A stretch of 64,000 bases of DNA from Candidatus Spongiisociaceae bacterium (GTDB taxonomy: Bacteria > Actinomycetota > Acidimicrobiia > Spongiisociales > Spongiisociaceae). Where the stretch lies: positions 3,776,001 through 3,840,000 of the forward strand of contig OZ253564.1 of the NCBI GenBank assembly GCA_965262915.1, read 5' to 3'. Below the pieces are notes generated by a model. It was not told the DNA's origin, did no database searches, and saw nothing but the letters and a program-made list of their open reading frames with translations. Numbering within the stretch: the first letter of the stretch is position 1; each line of letters begins with the position of its first letter. Of this stretch, positions 51,084 to 61,600 are shown in pieces. The position numbers and the translations under genes were made by a program.

Positions 51084-52664
51084 CTACAGCGCCGTAGTCG
51101 GCTCGATTCGAGCGGAGGGACGGAGTTTCTTGCCGTTCAACATCGCTCCGATCGGGGAGTAGCGGACCAACAACTGGTAGCTAGCCAGCAGGAGACCGGT
51201 TACCACCGAACAGATCATCAGGAACTTGACTTCCGCCGGGAGGCTCCAATACCGAACGAGCGCTTGGGCGACCACCACCAATGGAAGATGGGCCAGGTAC
51301 AGCCAGTAAGAGGAATCGGAGAGGTATCGAACACCCCGGCGTTCCTTCGGAAGCAGCACACGGAACAACCCGATCAGACCGAGGCACATCCCCCACGCGT
51401 AGGCCACCTGCAGGACAGAGGCCAGCGGCCAGGAGAGCATCTCCGGCTCGAAGGTGAAGACCAAGCCGGCCGGGAACACGACCAGGAACGAAACCGGTAG
51501 GAAGAGCCACCATGGTCTCCCGACCGTGTCGACCAGCGGCATACCCATGCGGCCCTGGCGCCTGTACATCAGGGCCCCGAATGCGAAGAAGGTGGCGTAG
51601 TAGGCCAGTACGTGGGGAAGGGGAACGAGACCATCCGAGGTGTCAGGTCCGAAGACAGGATAGGCGCCACCCCCGCCCATGAAGAGTTGCGGCACGATCG
51701 TAAGGGGGATCATCGACCACATGACCCACCTCGGCCAGATAGCTTGCCCGGGGCGGGGATCCCGGCGGTCCGCCACCCATGCCACTATTGCAAAGCCTGC
51801 CATCAACCAAAGGAGAAACCAGAGGAACCAGAGGTGATAGAAACGTTGGATAGAGGACAGGTCGAGCCGGGCAGCCGAACCGTTGTCTTCCTCCTTTTCG
51901 ACAGCCCCTGCTCCCCAACCCGGGATCTCCAACCACTCCATCCCTTCTGGTAGTGGGTTCCCACCTCCGTAGGTCACCAGCAGGTCGGCCGCCTCCTCAT
52001 GGCCGAAGTGGAAGGCCACGCCGAGGGGCGTCTCGCCCTCCGAAGCGGTGGCGACCGGCTCCGGCTCGGCTCCGCGTGAGAGCAGCAAGTCCAGCATCTC
52101 GGTGTCACCGGTGAGGGCAGCCGCGTGGAGAAGCGTCCAACCGCCCGGCTCGCTGCGGAGGTCGGCATCGAAGCCCCTGTCCAGAAGTTGCTCCACCCCG
52201 AACAAATCACCGACGAACACCTTGCCGAAGATGTCATCGTCCGCCACCTGCGGCGCCGGTGCGGACTCGGCCGCCCAGTCACCGACAAAGCTGGTCAGCG
52301 GAACGATCGCGAACATGGCGATCAACAGCGGGAGCGCCACCCGCCGCAGCCGATGCTTCAGCAGGGCGCCGAGGCCGCGCCGACGCCACAACAGCGCGGT
52401 GAAGAACCCGCTCATCAGGAAGAACACCGGCATCCGGAAGCCGTGTACCGCCCACAGGAACTCGTCGAACAGACCGTCGAGGCCGGAGGTACGGTCCTGA
52501 ACCCACCAAGGCGCCGGGAAGAAGGCCAGGGAGGCATGCAGACCAATGCCCAGCAGCATGGCAAAACCCCGCAGAGCATCCAGGTCGTAACGGCGAGGCT
52601 CTGCGGGCGCGGTGGCTGTCGGCTCCGATACCGGTGAAGTCGAAATGTCGCCCGCCACGATCAC
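51084..52664 (-). CDS. Acyltransferase family 3 (OpgC/MdoC-like) with internal ankyrin repeats
   Basis: DALRGFAMLLGIGLH, HGFRMPVFF, YHLWFL, SYWLYLAHLP; insert GWTLLHAAALTGD..LLLSRGA and GETPLGVA..LLV; start uncertain. Confidence 0.85.
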   Translation of the reverse strand: MIVAGDISTSPVSEPTATAPAEPRRYDLDALRGFAMLLGIGLHASLAFFPAPWWVQDRTSGLDGLFDEFLWAVHGFRMPVFFLMSGFFTALLWRRRGLGALLKHRLRRVALPLLIAMFAIVPLTSFVGDWAAESAPAPQVADDDIFGKVFVGDLFGVEQLLDRGFDADLRSEPGGWTLLHAAALTGDTEMLDLLLSRGAEPEPVATASEGETPLGVAFHFGHEEAADLLVTYGGGNPLPEGMEWLEIPGWGAGAVEKEEDNGSAARLDLSSIQRFYHLWFLWFLLWLMAGFAIVAWVADRRDPRPGQAIWPRWVMWSMIPLTIVPQLFMGGGGAYPVFGPDTSDGLVPLPHVLAYYATFFAFGALMYRRQGRMGMPLVDTVGRPWWLFLPVSFLVVFPAGLVFTFEPEMLSWPLASVLQVAYAWGMCLGLIGLFRVLLPKERRGVRYLSDSSYWLYLAHLPLVVVAQALVRYWSLPAEVKFLMICSVVTGLLLASYQLLVRYSPIGAMLNGKKLRPSARIEPTTAL

Positions 52665-52675
52665 GCCATCCGGGG

Positions 52676-52840
52676 TTACCCGCCGGCAGGTGGTCCGCCG
52701 CCCAGGTCTTCAGCCGAGCCCCACCCGCCGGCGGTTCCAAAGCTCCCATTGCTCGACGTGACGCAGACCGGCCTCCGATAGCCGGGCACGGAGCCACCCG
52801 GTTCACTCGGTTCAACCAAGACTTCGCCGCGGCCGATCAC
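52676..52840 (-). pseudogene. Degenerate MazF/PemK toxin
   Basis: Manual translation VIGRGEV...EPGGSVPGYRRPVCV resembles the MazF N-terminus; GTGA overlap with antitoxin stop; stops after 54 aa. Confidence 0.7.
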
Positions 52841-53054
52841 CAGCGGTCGGACAGAGCTCGCGCTTGGGCGGCGCGCAGGGGAGCGGAAACCTGTGACGGC
52901 TCCTCGGAGTAGATGGCGTCGAGGCGAGCCGTGACCGCTTCACTGTCCGTATCCGCCGGCAGGCGCTCTCGTGCATTGGCGAACAGACGCGACCGCGACC
53001 GCCGGAGCCGTTCCGCCAACCGTCCGGTGAACTCGGGACCAACGCGGTCTCCAC
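52837..53054 (-). pseudogene. Frameshifted ChpI/MazE-type RHH antitoxin
   Basis: METAL start in one frame; RLAERLRRSRSRLFANA..VTARLDAIY..AAQARAL in another. Confidence 0.65.
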
Positions 53055-53063
53055 CGGACGGTT

Positions 53064-53354
53064 TCAAACAGCCATCTCCACGAGGGGTTCGATACCGCTG
53101 GCGTCGGTCGTGGCGCGAGCCGCGTCCAGGTCATACATGCGCTGCAGATTCAGCCAGAATTCAGCAGTCATACCCAGGGCTTTTCCGACTCTCAACGCGG
53201 TGTCCGCCGTGACAGACCTGCGGCAATGCACGATGTCGTTGATGCGGATCGGCGTCACTCCAATCGTCTTGGCCAGTCGATACTGAGAAATGCCAAGTTC
53301 GCTCAGGATCTCGCCCAAGTGTTCCCCGGGATGGATTGGTTCGGCTGTGGTCAT
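53064..53354 (-). CDS. higA: HigA family antitoxin
   Basis: PIHPGEHL, ISQYRLAK, TADTALR, FWLNLQ..YDL; ATG after GGAGGA. Confidence 0.92.
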   Translation of the reverse strand: MTTAEPIHPGEHLGEILSELGISQYRLAKTIGVTPIRINDIVHCRRSVTADTALRVGKALGMTAEFWLNLQRMYDLDAARATTDASGIEPLVEMAV

Positions 53355-53363
53355 GGTTCCTCC

Positions 53364-53465
53364 CCAGTGATAATCGGTGACTTCTATCTCCATCGCACCT
53401 CGGTCAGTCCAGACGAAGCACACTCGCCACTGGTCGTTGATGCGGATGCTGAGTTGGCGTACCAC
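53364..53465 (-). pseudogene. higB: C-terminal fragment of HigB (RelE-family) toxin
   Basis: SIRINDQWRVCFVW...EVTDYH; N-terminal part missing; TGG where a stop is expected after DYH. Confidence 0.85.
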
Positions 53466-53485
53466 GGTATCACCGACCTACTCCC

Positions 53486-55333
53486 TTATTTCCACAGTCT
53501 TGATCTCAGTCCGGAGGCTCTCTGGACCGAGCGTTCCACCGCAAGGCGGATAACCGGCTCGTCCCCGACCAGGGTCACCTTGCCGGATGCCCTGGTCACC
53601 GCGGTGTAGAGGAGTTCCCTGGTGAGAAGGCGGGACCTGTCGGAGGGCAGGGAGACGACTGCCTCGCCGAACTGGGAACCTTGACTCTTGTGGATGGTCA
53701 AGCCATGGACCGTGCTGTGCTCGCCCAGGTAGCCGGGCGGGAAGGAGCGTATGCCGCCCCGGTCGAACACCACCCGTATACCTTCGCCGGTCCGGACCAC
53801 TACACCGATGTCCCCGTTGTAGAGACCGAGGTTGTAGTCGTTAGTGGTGATCATCAACGGGCGTCCTGGGTACCACTCACCGCGATATCGCAGGCCGGGG
53901 AACCTCTCGTCGAGTATGTCCTCGATGTCGCGCCGCCACTGCTCCACGCTGCCGGGGCCATCGCGATGGGCGCACAGCACCGCCATCTCGCTGAGGCGTG
54001 CCAGCGCCTCCTGTTCATTGCCCGGCACGGACGCCGCCTCCACCAACCGGGCCCGATGCTCTACCACCCGTTCTCTCAGCCTCCGGAAGGGGGCCCCGGT
54101 CCGGTCCTTCACCCAGTGAAGTCCATCCACCTCTCGGCCGAGCAATTCCATCGCCCGGTCGGGGTCGCCGTCCCGAACCGCGTCGGCGAAGTCGGCGATC
54201 GGGCCTTGCTCCTCGAAGCGGTGTACCCGCTCCAGCACCACCACCCGGTCGGCCATCGAGAGAGCGCCAGGGACCGGTCCAGGCTGCTGGGGGTCCGGCA
54301 ACCCGGCCGCGGGACCCACTATGTCGGCGAGAACCGTCCCTGCCTCTATCGACTCCAACTGGTAGGGGTCGCCTACGAGAACCAGTGTGGCGTCGGCCCG
54401 TACCGCGACGATGAGCTTGGCGGCGAGCGGTAGCGAGACCATCGACATCTCGTCCACGACGACGAGGTCATGGGGAAGCCGGTTCCGTTCGTGATGGGCG
54501 AACCGGCCCCGGCCCCACGCCCATCCCAGCAGCCGGTGGATGGTGCCGGTCTGCAGTTTCTCCAACCGCTCCCGGACCATCGGGTGCCCGGCACTAGCTG
54601 CCAGATCGTCGATCACCTCCCTCAGCCGGGCAGCCGCCTTCCCGGTGGGAGCGCACAGCGCGACGCGGGGGAAACCTCCTGGGGTGTGCGCCAGAGCGGC
54701 CAGCATCCTCGCCACCGTGTACGTCTTGCCGGTACCCGGACCGCCGGCAATAACGGTCAACTTCCCGGTCAGGGCATTGACCGCCGCGGCGTGCTGGAGG
54801 TTCGGCCTGGTGCCCGAGACGGGGGGAAGCAACTGGTTCAGAACCGTCTGGAACCCCGGCGTGAGGGCGGTCCGGGGCCCATCGGTGCGCGCCCCGATCA
54901 GGCCCACCACCCGTTCTTCGTACCGGAAGTAACGCTCCAGGTAGAGGCGATCGTTATCCAGCACGAGGGGTTCCTCTCCCCCGCCGTCACCGACCATCGA
55001 ACTGCCCGACACCGCCGACATCCACTCGTCCGGATCCGGCCATGGAAGCGCTTCGACCACCTCCGGAGGTTGGCCCTCGATCACCATCGCTTCCCGCTGG
55101 CTGACGAGGCCGATGCAGACGTGCCCGAAGCGGGTGCCCCGCACTGCCAGGGCGGCTGCCAGCATCACCTTCGAGTCGGACTCGCCCCATAGCCGGGCGA
55201 TCACCGTCGCGGCGTGGACGTCGAGGGGCGACAGGGCACCTCCGTCGTTGAAGGACGCCAGCAAGCCGGATGCACCGACCACCGCTCGCGGCCCGGCGAT
55301 GGCGGCTTCGAGCCGCTCGACGGCCACCATCAT
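53486..55333 (-). CDS. recD: Exodeoxyribonuclease V subunit alpha
   Basis: GGPGTGKT, APTGKAAARL, TIHRLLG, VDEMSM, GDPYQL, TIHKSQGSQF, ELLYTAVTRA. Confidence 0.95.
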   Translation of the reverse strand: MMVAVERLEAAIAGPRAVVGASGLLASFNDGGALSPLDVHAATVIARLWGESDSKVMLAAALAVRGTRFGHVCIGLVSQREAMVIEGQPPEVVEALPWPDPDEWMSAVSGSSMVGDGGGEEPLVLDNDRLYLERYFRYEERVVGLIGARTDGPRTALTPGFQTVLNQLLPPVSGTRPNLQHAAAVNALTGKLTVIAGGPGTGKTYTVARMLAALAHTPGGFPRVALCAPTGKAAARLREVIDDLAASAGHPMVRERLEKLQTGTIHRLLGWAWGRGRFAHHERNRLPHDLVVVDEMSMVSLPLAAKLIVAVRADATLVLVGDPYQLESIEAGTVLADIVGPAAGLPDPQQPGPVPGALSMADRVVVLERVHRFEEQGPIADFADAVRDGDPDRAMELLGREVDGLHWVKDRTGAPFRRLRERVVEHRARLVEAASVPGNEQEALARLSEMAVLCAHRDGPGSVEQWRRDIEDILDERFPGLRYRGEWYPGRPLMITTNDYNLGLYNGDIGVVVRTGEGIRVVFDRGGIRSFPPGYLGEHSTVHGLTIHKSQGSQFGEAVVSLPSDRSRLLTRELLYTAVTRASGKVTLVGDEPVIRLAVERSVQRASGLRSRLWK

Positions 55334-58300
55334 CGACGCCCTGCGAATAGCTCGCTCAGGGCCACAACCATCTGCGGCGGCGGGGACCAGGGCGCCACCC
55401 CGCAGCGCTCCCCGCCGGTGACCGGGGTCCCGGGACCGATCATGCCCCTGACGAACAGGTACATGGACCCGCCGAGATGGACGGACGGGTCGTAGCCCGG
55501 GAGGCGCCACTCGAGGTACCGGTGGAGGGCCACCTGGTACAGCAGGGCCTGGAGCACGTAGTTGCCGTGATGCATGGCGGTGACCAGCGGGACCGGTCCG
55601 TAGTCGGTCGCCGCCGGTAGCTCGCCTCCGGCGGGAAGCGTGTTGGACTTGAAGTCCATGACCGTGTAGCGATCGCCGCGGGCGGCCGGCAGGACGGTGA
55701 TGAGGTCGATACCCCCGGTCAGGAAGCCGCGGAACCGATGAGGTTCCAGGTCGCGAAGCCGCGAGAAGTAGCCCCGGTGGGGATCGTCGTCGTCGAGACG
55801 CTTGAGCACCACCGCAGCGACATCGCGCAGCGAGATCGTCGATGCCGAAGTACGGAGCGGCAGTTCGAAGTCCAACTCCTTGAGGGTCCGCCTCGGGTCG
55901 AGATCGCGCAGGGTGGGAGCGTCGTCTCGAGGCCCGAGCGGTGTCTGCATCGCCGCCGCTATTCCACTTACGAAGGCATCGCTCTCGAAGTCCCAGGATG
56001 CGTGGCGGGTGGCGCGGGCCAGCTCGGATCCGATCGCAGCAGGGAGGTCGGGAGCGTCGAAGGGCACGTACCGGAGGACCTCGTGTACCAGCGACCCGAA
56101 CCGGGCCCCGCGTGGAAGCTCGGCCATCGGCAACCCGCCGCCGACCCCGGCCGGCGGGTCGTCGTACTCGACCTCGTCGACCCGGTCCGGTTCGTCGGTG
56201 GTGTCGGCCTCCCCGCCCAGGGGATGGTCGGGCGACAGTGACGAGAAGGAGACCCGCCGCCAGAAGTAGTCGAGCGGCCGATCGAAGCTGGCCCGTTCGA
56301 GCCGGCTCCGCGCCTTCCCCGCCCCTGGGTACTCGACCGATGTTTGCGTTTCGCTGAGGATGGTCTGGCTGATCGCTCCCCCGGAGGCTTCGATGAGCCC
56401 CGCGATGGTCCGGTCGGGGTCACGCCCGCGGCTCAGGATCTGGTGGAGCTTGGTTCTGGCCGAGTTGGCGGTGTTCTCGATCCACCACACCACCAGGCGA
56501 TGCTTCGCTCTGGTGAGCGCCACGTACAGCAACCGGCCCTCCTCGGCAGTCTCCTCATCCATCGCGGCCTGCTGGTGGGATTCGAAACCGGGCGACGCGG
56601 GACCGCCCACATCGATTAGACGCCGACGGGGTGCCCCCTCCGGAGCGGGCTCCGGATCGTGAAAGATGGGGATCCGGGGCGTGATCCGGGGGATATCCCA
56701 CAAGAACGGCGCCATCACCACCGGGTACTCGAGGCCCTTGGCGGCGTGCACGGTCAGGACCTGCACCGCGGCCGCGTCCGTATCCAGGCGACGCTGGCGG
56801 GACTCGGCATCCTCGACGTTCGCCTCGGCGTTGCGGGCAGCTTCGTCCATGGCAACTTCGATCCACACCACCAGCGACCCGATCCGACCCCTCCGCCAGG
56901 CGGCATGCATCTCTTCGGCGATGTGGTTCAGGTCGGTCAGTTCCCTCTCACCATCGGATCGGGCGAGCACCCGGGCCGTGAGACCGGTGGTCCGGTCGAC
57001 GTCGGCGAACATCGCGGGTACTCCGTGGTCGTGCAACAGCCCCTGCCACCGCAGGAAGCGTTGCTGGAGATCGAGGAGGGGGTCGTCGCTTAGACCGGCC
57101 ACCTCGCGAAGGGGCTTCCCCACGAGTGGAGTGGTGGCCGCCAAGCGCAGGTAGCCGGCTCGGCTCGGTCGTTCCACCGCGAGGAGGAACCGGCGCCAGT
57201 GCTCGGCAGCCGGGGTGGCGAACACGCTCCCGGTCCGGGCCACCACCGACGGTACGCCCGCGGCTGTGAGTGCGTCCCGTATGATCCCGACCTGCCGGCC
57301 GGTGCGGCACAGCACCGCGATGTCCCCCGGTCCGAGTGGGCGATCCTCGCCGTCGCTGCCCGTCAAGGTCACCCCGTCATCGAGAAGCCGGACCACTTCG
57401 GCGGCCACATCCGCGGCGACCGCCCCCCGCGCCTCCCCGACGTAGAAGAACGGTCTGTATTGCTGGCGGGGCAGCGGGAAGTCGCCCGAGAAGCGGCGTA
57501 TCTCCAGGGCGCTCCCCGCGCCGCTTATCCGGGCTGTCCGGTTCCGGTCGGCCGGCAGCACGGGGCGGTATCCGATACGGGGGTCGCCGAAGGTGGCGCC
57601 GGCCAGCAACGCGTCGAGGGCGACGATCAGCGGTCCGTCGCTGCGCCAGTTGGTAGCGAGGGTGCGGTGAGTGGTGGGGTCTTCCACGGCGGAGAGGTAG
57701 GACTCGATATCGGCACCCCGGAAGGCGTAGATCGACTGCTTGGGATCGCCGATCACGACCAGCCGGGACTCGTCGAACACCGACCTGAGAATCTGCCATT
57801 GGATGGGGTCGGTGTCCTGTGCCTCGTCGACCAGCGCGATGGAGTAGCGCCTCCTCAGCAGGTCACGGGCGCCGGCGCCGATCCGCGCCTCGTTCAGCGC
57901 GTCGCGGGCTTCCACGAGGGTGTCATCGAAGGTCACCATGCCTTCCGCCCACAGCCGCTGAGACAGCACCGATTTCACTTCCCGGGCCATCTCCGCCCGA
58001 ACTCTCACCATCCCCTCCACAGAGGCGGGTTCCGGAACGGTCCGAGCATCCGGGATCGTGACGACGACCTTGCCGATCTCGGCCAGGTGGTCTTGGGGAA
58101 CCTGCTGGACCTCGTCCGCCGGCTGCGGAACGGCGAAGCGACCCACCACCAGGTCACTGGCGGCGCGCCGCAGGAGCAGTTCGTCTATCTCGCGGGGCTC
58201 CATGTCGCCGGACAGCCGGGATCGGAATCCGAGCTTCTGCAGCAACCGGAGAGCGAAGCCATGGATGGTGAAGATCTGGGCGCGGTCGAAGTGAGTCAGT

Positions 58301-58635
58301 GCCTCCTCGAGCCGGTCCGAATACATCCCCTGTTGATCCGGGTTAGCATCGAGCAAGACCCGCATGTGGCCGTCTGCCTGCCCACCACCCTGTGAACGGT
58401 GGAGAGCGCTGAGGGTGTTGACCATCCGCCGCCTGACCCGGTCCTTGAGTTCGGCGGTGGCGGCTCGGGTGAAGGTGACCACGAGGATACGCTCGAGTGG
58501 GAGACCTTCCTCAGCCACCAGACGGGTGACGACGGCGGCGATCGTGAAGGTCTTGCCGGTACCGGCGCTGGCCTCGATGACCGTGCGGCCATCGGCGATC
58601 GGTGCGTAGGGGTCGTACGGACCGACCGTGGTCAT
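55330..58635 (-). CDS. recB: Exodeoxyribonuclease V subunit beta
   Basis: IEASAGTGKTFTI, VDEAQDTD, GDPKQSIYAFRGAD, TVHAAKGLE, LYVALTRA; nuclease GGIDL..DFKSN..Q..Y. Confidence 0.95.
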   Translation of the reverse strand: MTTVGPYDPYAPIADGRTVIEASAGTGKTFTIAAVVTRLVAEEGLPLERILVVTFTRAATAELKDRVRRRMVNTLSALHRSQGGGQADGHMRVLLDANPDQQGMYSDRLEEALTHFDRAQIFTIHGFALRLLQKLGFRSRLSGDMEPREIDELLLRRAASDLVVGRFAVPQPADEVQQVPQDHLAEIGKVVVTIPDARTVPEPASVEGMVRVRAEMAREVKSVLSQRLWAEGMVTFDDTLVEARDALNEARIGAGARDLLRRRYSIALVDEAQDTDPIQWQILRSVFDESRLVVIGDPKQSIYAFRGADIESYLSAVEDPTTHRTLATNWRSDGPLIVALDALLAGATFGDPRIGYRPVLPADRNRTARISGAGSALEIRRFSGDFPLPRQQYRPFFYVGEARGAVAADVAAEVVRLLDDGVTLTGSDGEDRPLGPGDIAVLCRTGRQVGIIRDALTAAGVPSVVARTGSVFATPAAEHWRRFLLAVERPSRAGYLRLAATTPLVGKPLREVAGLSDDPLLDLQQRFLRWQGLLHDHGVPAMFADVDRTTGLTARVLARSDGERELTDLNHIAEEMHAAWRRGRIGSLVVWIEVAMDEAARNAEANVEDAESRQRRLDTDAAAVQVLTVHAAKGLEYPVVMAPFLWDIPRITPRIPIFHDPEPAPEGAPRRRLIDVGGPASPGFESHQQAAMDEETAEEGRLLYVALTRAKHRLVVWWIENTANSARTKLHQILSRGRDPDRTIAGLIEASGGAISQTILSETQTSVEYPGAGKARSRLERASFDRPLDYFWRRVSFSSLSPDHPLGGEADTTDEPDRVDEVEYDDPPAGVGGGLPMAELPRGARFGSLVHEVLRYVPFDAPDLPAAIGSELARATRHASWDFESDAFVSGIAAAMQTPLGPRDDAPTLRDLDPRRTLKELDFELPLRTSASTISLRDVAAVVLKRLDDDDPHRGYFSRLRDLEPHRFRGFLTGGIDLITVLPAARGDRYTVMDFKSNTLPAGGELPAATDYGPVPLVTAMHHGNYVLQALLYQVALHRYLEWRLPGYDPSVHLGGSMYLFVRGMIGPGTPVTGGERCGVAPWSPPPQMVVALSELFAGRR

Positions 58636-61600
58636 ACGGCCTTCTCCCGCAGCAGGGGAAGGATCGGACCCCACAGCGCCTTTGCGTGAGCCGGGAAGGA
58701 ACTCCGCTGGAGCGCGGACATGGTGAGTAGGTCCGGGAACAGGAACTGGTTGGCCGGGTCCTTCGCCTCGGGAGAGAACCTGTCTGTCTCCCACATCTTC
58801 CCGGCCTGCTTGCGGGCGCTCTCCGGATCGCCGCCGATCTTCCTCTGCCAGATGAAAGCGGTCTCACAGGGCAGCGGCACGGGGGTGTTGAGACCTTCGA
58901 CGTACAGGTCGACCAAGCCGGAGAGCAACCGGTCCGCTTCCTGCTTGCGACGCTCGTGGTCGCCACGGAGCGGCCCGATCGTGACACTCCACAGCTTGTC
59001 GCCGTAGAGGTGGCGACCGATCAGCAGACCGTGCCAAGGCCGGCGCGGGTCCAGCGCGGATAGGAAGAGCATCTGCACAAAGACCCTCAGGCGCTGCTTG
59101 CCCTTGAGTCGTGACGGGGTGACCATGTCAACCCGGGAGGCGCCGGCATCCGCCGTTACCAAGCCCTCGATCGTGCCGTTCCCCAAACGAACGGCCCCTG
59201 TGAACTGCTCGTGCCGCTCCGGTTCGTATCCCACCCGCCTCGCTGCCGTCCACAGATCGACCGCCCGTTTGCGGGCCTTGTCGAGGCCTCCCCGCCCGAG
59301 GTAACCGGGCGGCACGGAGTCGCCGGCTCGTTCGTGGGCCTCGAGCGACTCGATCGGATGGCCTTGCAGCAGTCCGGCGAGGAATCGGTCGGTGACCTGC
59401 CACTCCCCCAAGGGCCCGAGGTCGGTGGGTACGGTGTCGTCGGGAATCTCTCCCGGAGGGGGGATGCCGAAGCCGAGGCGGGTACGGATGAACTCGCGGG
59501 CGGGATGCTCGAGAAAGCGGCCCAGGTCCGCGAGCCGGATCTCGGAGAAGATGTCATCTGCGGGGGCCGGAAGAGAGATCCGGGATACCTCACCGCCGGT
59601 GCGGTGCTGGACGGCGAGCGACCCTTTGAACTGCATGGGGTCGAACCCCCAGGGTCCTGGCACCCCGAGACCGCCCCCGACGAAGTTGGTCTCGCTGAAC
59701 GCCTGGAGAGGGTGATCGGTCCGGAGGCTTTTCAGGCCGGCCTCGCCCACCATTTCGAACAGGACGTCGGTCAACTCGGCGATGGGAACCGCCGCCGGGT
59801 ACACGGCGTTGGTCAGTTCGTCACGCCCCGAGTAGGTGACGATCAGGTGATCCCCGGCGGCCATCACCGCGTCCAGTAGGAGTTGGCGATCCTCCGCACC
59901 CCGGTCGGAGTCACCGATGATCTCGCTGTCCACCAGCAGGTCGTCGCCGTCTACCCGGCTGCTGCGGGGGAACCGCGCGTCGTCCATACCCAGCAGGCAC
60001 ACCACCCGGTAGGGCACCGACCGCATCGGGACCAGCGTGCAGACCGTTATGTCCCCGGTACGGAAGTGCAGGGGACTCGGCACGTCGCGGGACCAGTCAT
60101 CCACCACCAACCGGGCTTCGGCAGGATCGAGCAGCGGATCGTCCCCGCCTGCTTCCCCGCCGGGGAAGCTCTCTTCGAGAAGGCGCTCCAGTTGGCCCCA
60201 CTGCCACTGGTCGTCCCAGGCCGGAGCCGCCAGGAGCCGCACCGCAGCGGCGATGGCCGGTCCCCACTCGGAGTACGGCCGCGGTCCGCCGAGAAGGTCC
60301 CGGACCGCGGCGATACGGTCGAGGATCTGGGCTAGCAGTCCTATCGGCAAGGCCTCCTGCCCTTCGACTCCGTCGAGGGGAGCGATGGTGTCGACCACGC
60401 GAACGCTGCTGTCCGCGTAGAAGACTCCTGCGAGAGCCCGGTCCAGGCCGCGCTGCCAGGTGTGGTCCCCGACGGTGCCGGCGTTCCACCGGGCGCGGTG
60501 GTCGGCATCGAGACCCCACCGCACGTTGGTGTCTTCGATCACGGCCGCGATCGCGTCCGCTGCCTCCTCGTCGTATCCGAACAGTTGTCGCACCACCGGC
60601 ATCGCCACGAGCTCTCGGACGGTGCCCCCTTCGAGGCGGGAGCGGGCCAGGTCGAGGACGGTCGCGGCAAACCGGACCAGCGGGTTGGTGGCGGCCGGTG
60701 CCCGGTCGGCGATCCGAAGGCGCAGGTCGGGTAGAGCATCCTCGCCGGTTCGGTCCCCCAAGGCGCCCGCGGCAGGGTCCGCGTCGTCGATACCGGCTTC
60801 GCCGAGGAAGACGGCCTCGAGGAGAGGCGCGAAGGTGTCGAGGTCGGGTGTCATGATCACGACATCGCGCGGTTCCAGCGTGGTGTCGGCCGCCAGGACG
60901 TGGAGGATGGCGTCGCGCAGAACCTCGACCTGCCGTCGGGCGCCGTAGCAGACGTGGATCTGGACCGACCGGTCTCCGTCGCTCGCGGCACCGGGCGCAG
61001 CGGCACTTTCGGCGGGGACGGTGTTGGAACGGATGTCCTGCTGGAGCCTCCGTAGCAGGCTCGTGGGCGCGGTTTGCCGTTCTCCGGCAGATGCGTCGCC
61101 GGTGTGGTTCCGGCCTGCCAGCACCAACTGGAGCTCGCGGCTTTCCTGCGCCCAGGAACGCAGCAGCAGATGGCGGGGAAGATGTGCGGTCGGATCGGAG
61201 TCCCTTCCCAAGCCGGCCGTTACCCGATCCCGTTCCGCGAGGAGTGCCGTGTCCCGCCATAGGGCGGGGGACGGATGCAACAGGTGGAGGTGGACATCGC
61301 GGCCGGCGGCCATCGCTTCGAACACCTCCAGATCCATCGGGTCGGCCGAGGTGAGCCCGTATACGAAGACCCGCTCCGGCAGGCCCGTATCGAGCGAGCC
61401 GGCCCGGATCGGGTCCAAGGCCTCCGGGAGCAGCTCCGCCGGACTGGGAGCCCCAATACGTGCCCGGACCAGCCGCCACAGGCGCGGTTGCCAGATGTCC
61501 GCTCCGGGGAGGGTCTCGCCGCCCGGTCCGAGGTCCTCGCCCTCTGTCCAGGCTCGTACCATTTCGGGTCGCCGCCGCGCATAGCGTGCGAAGAGCCGGG

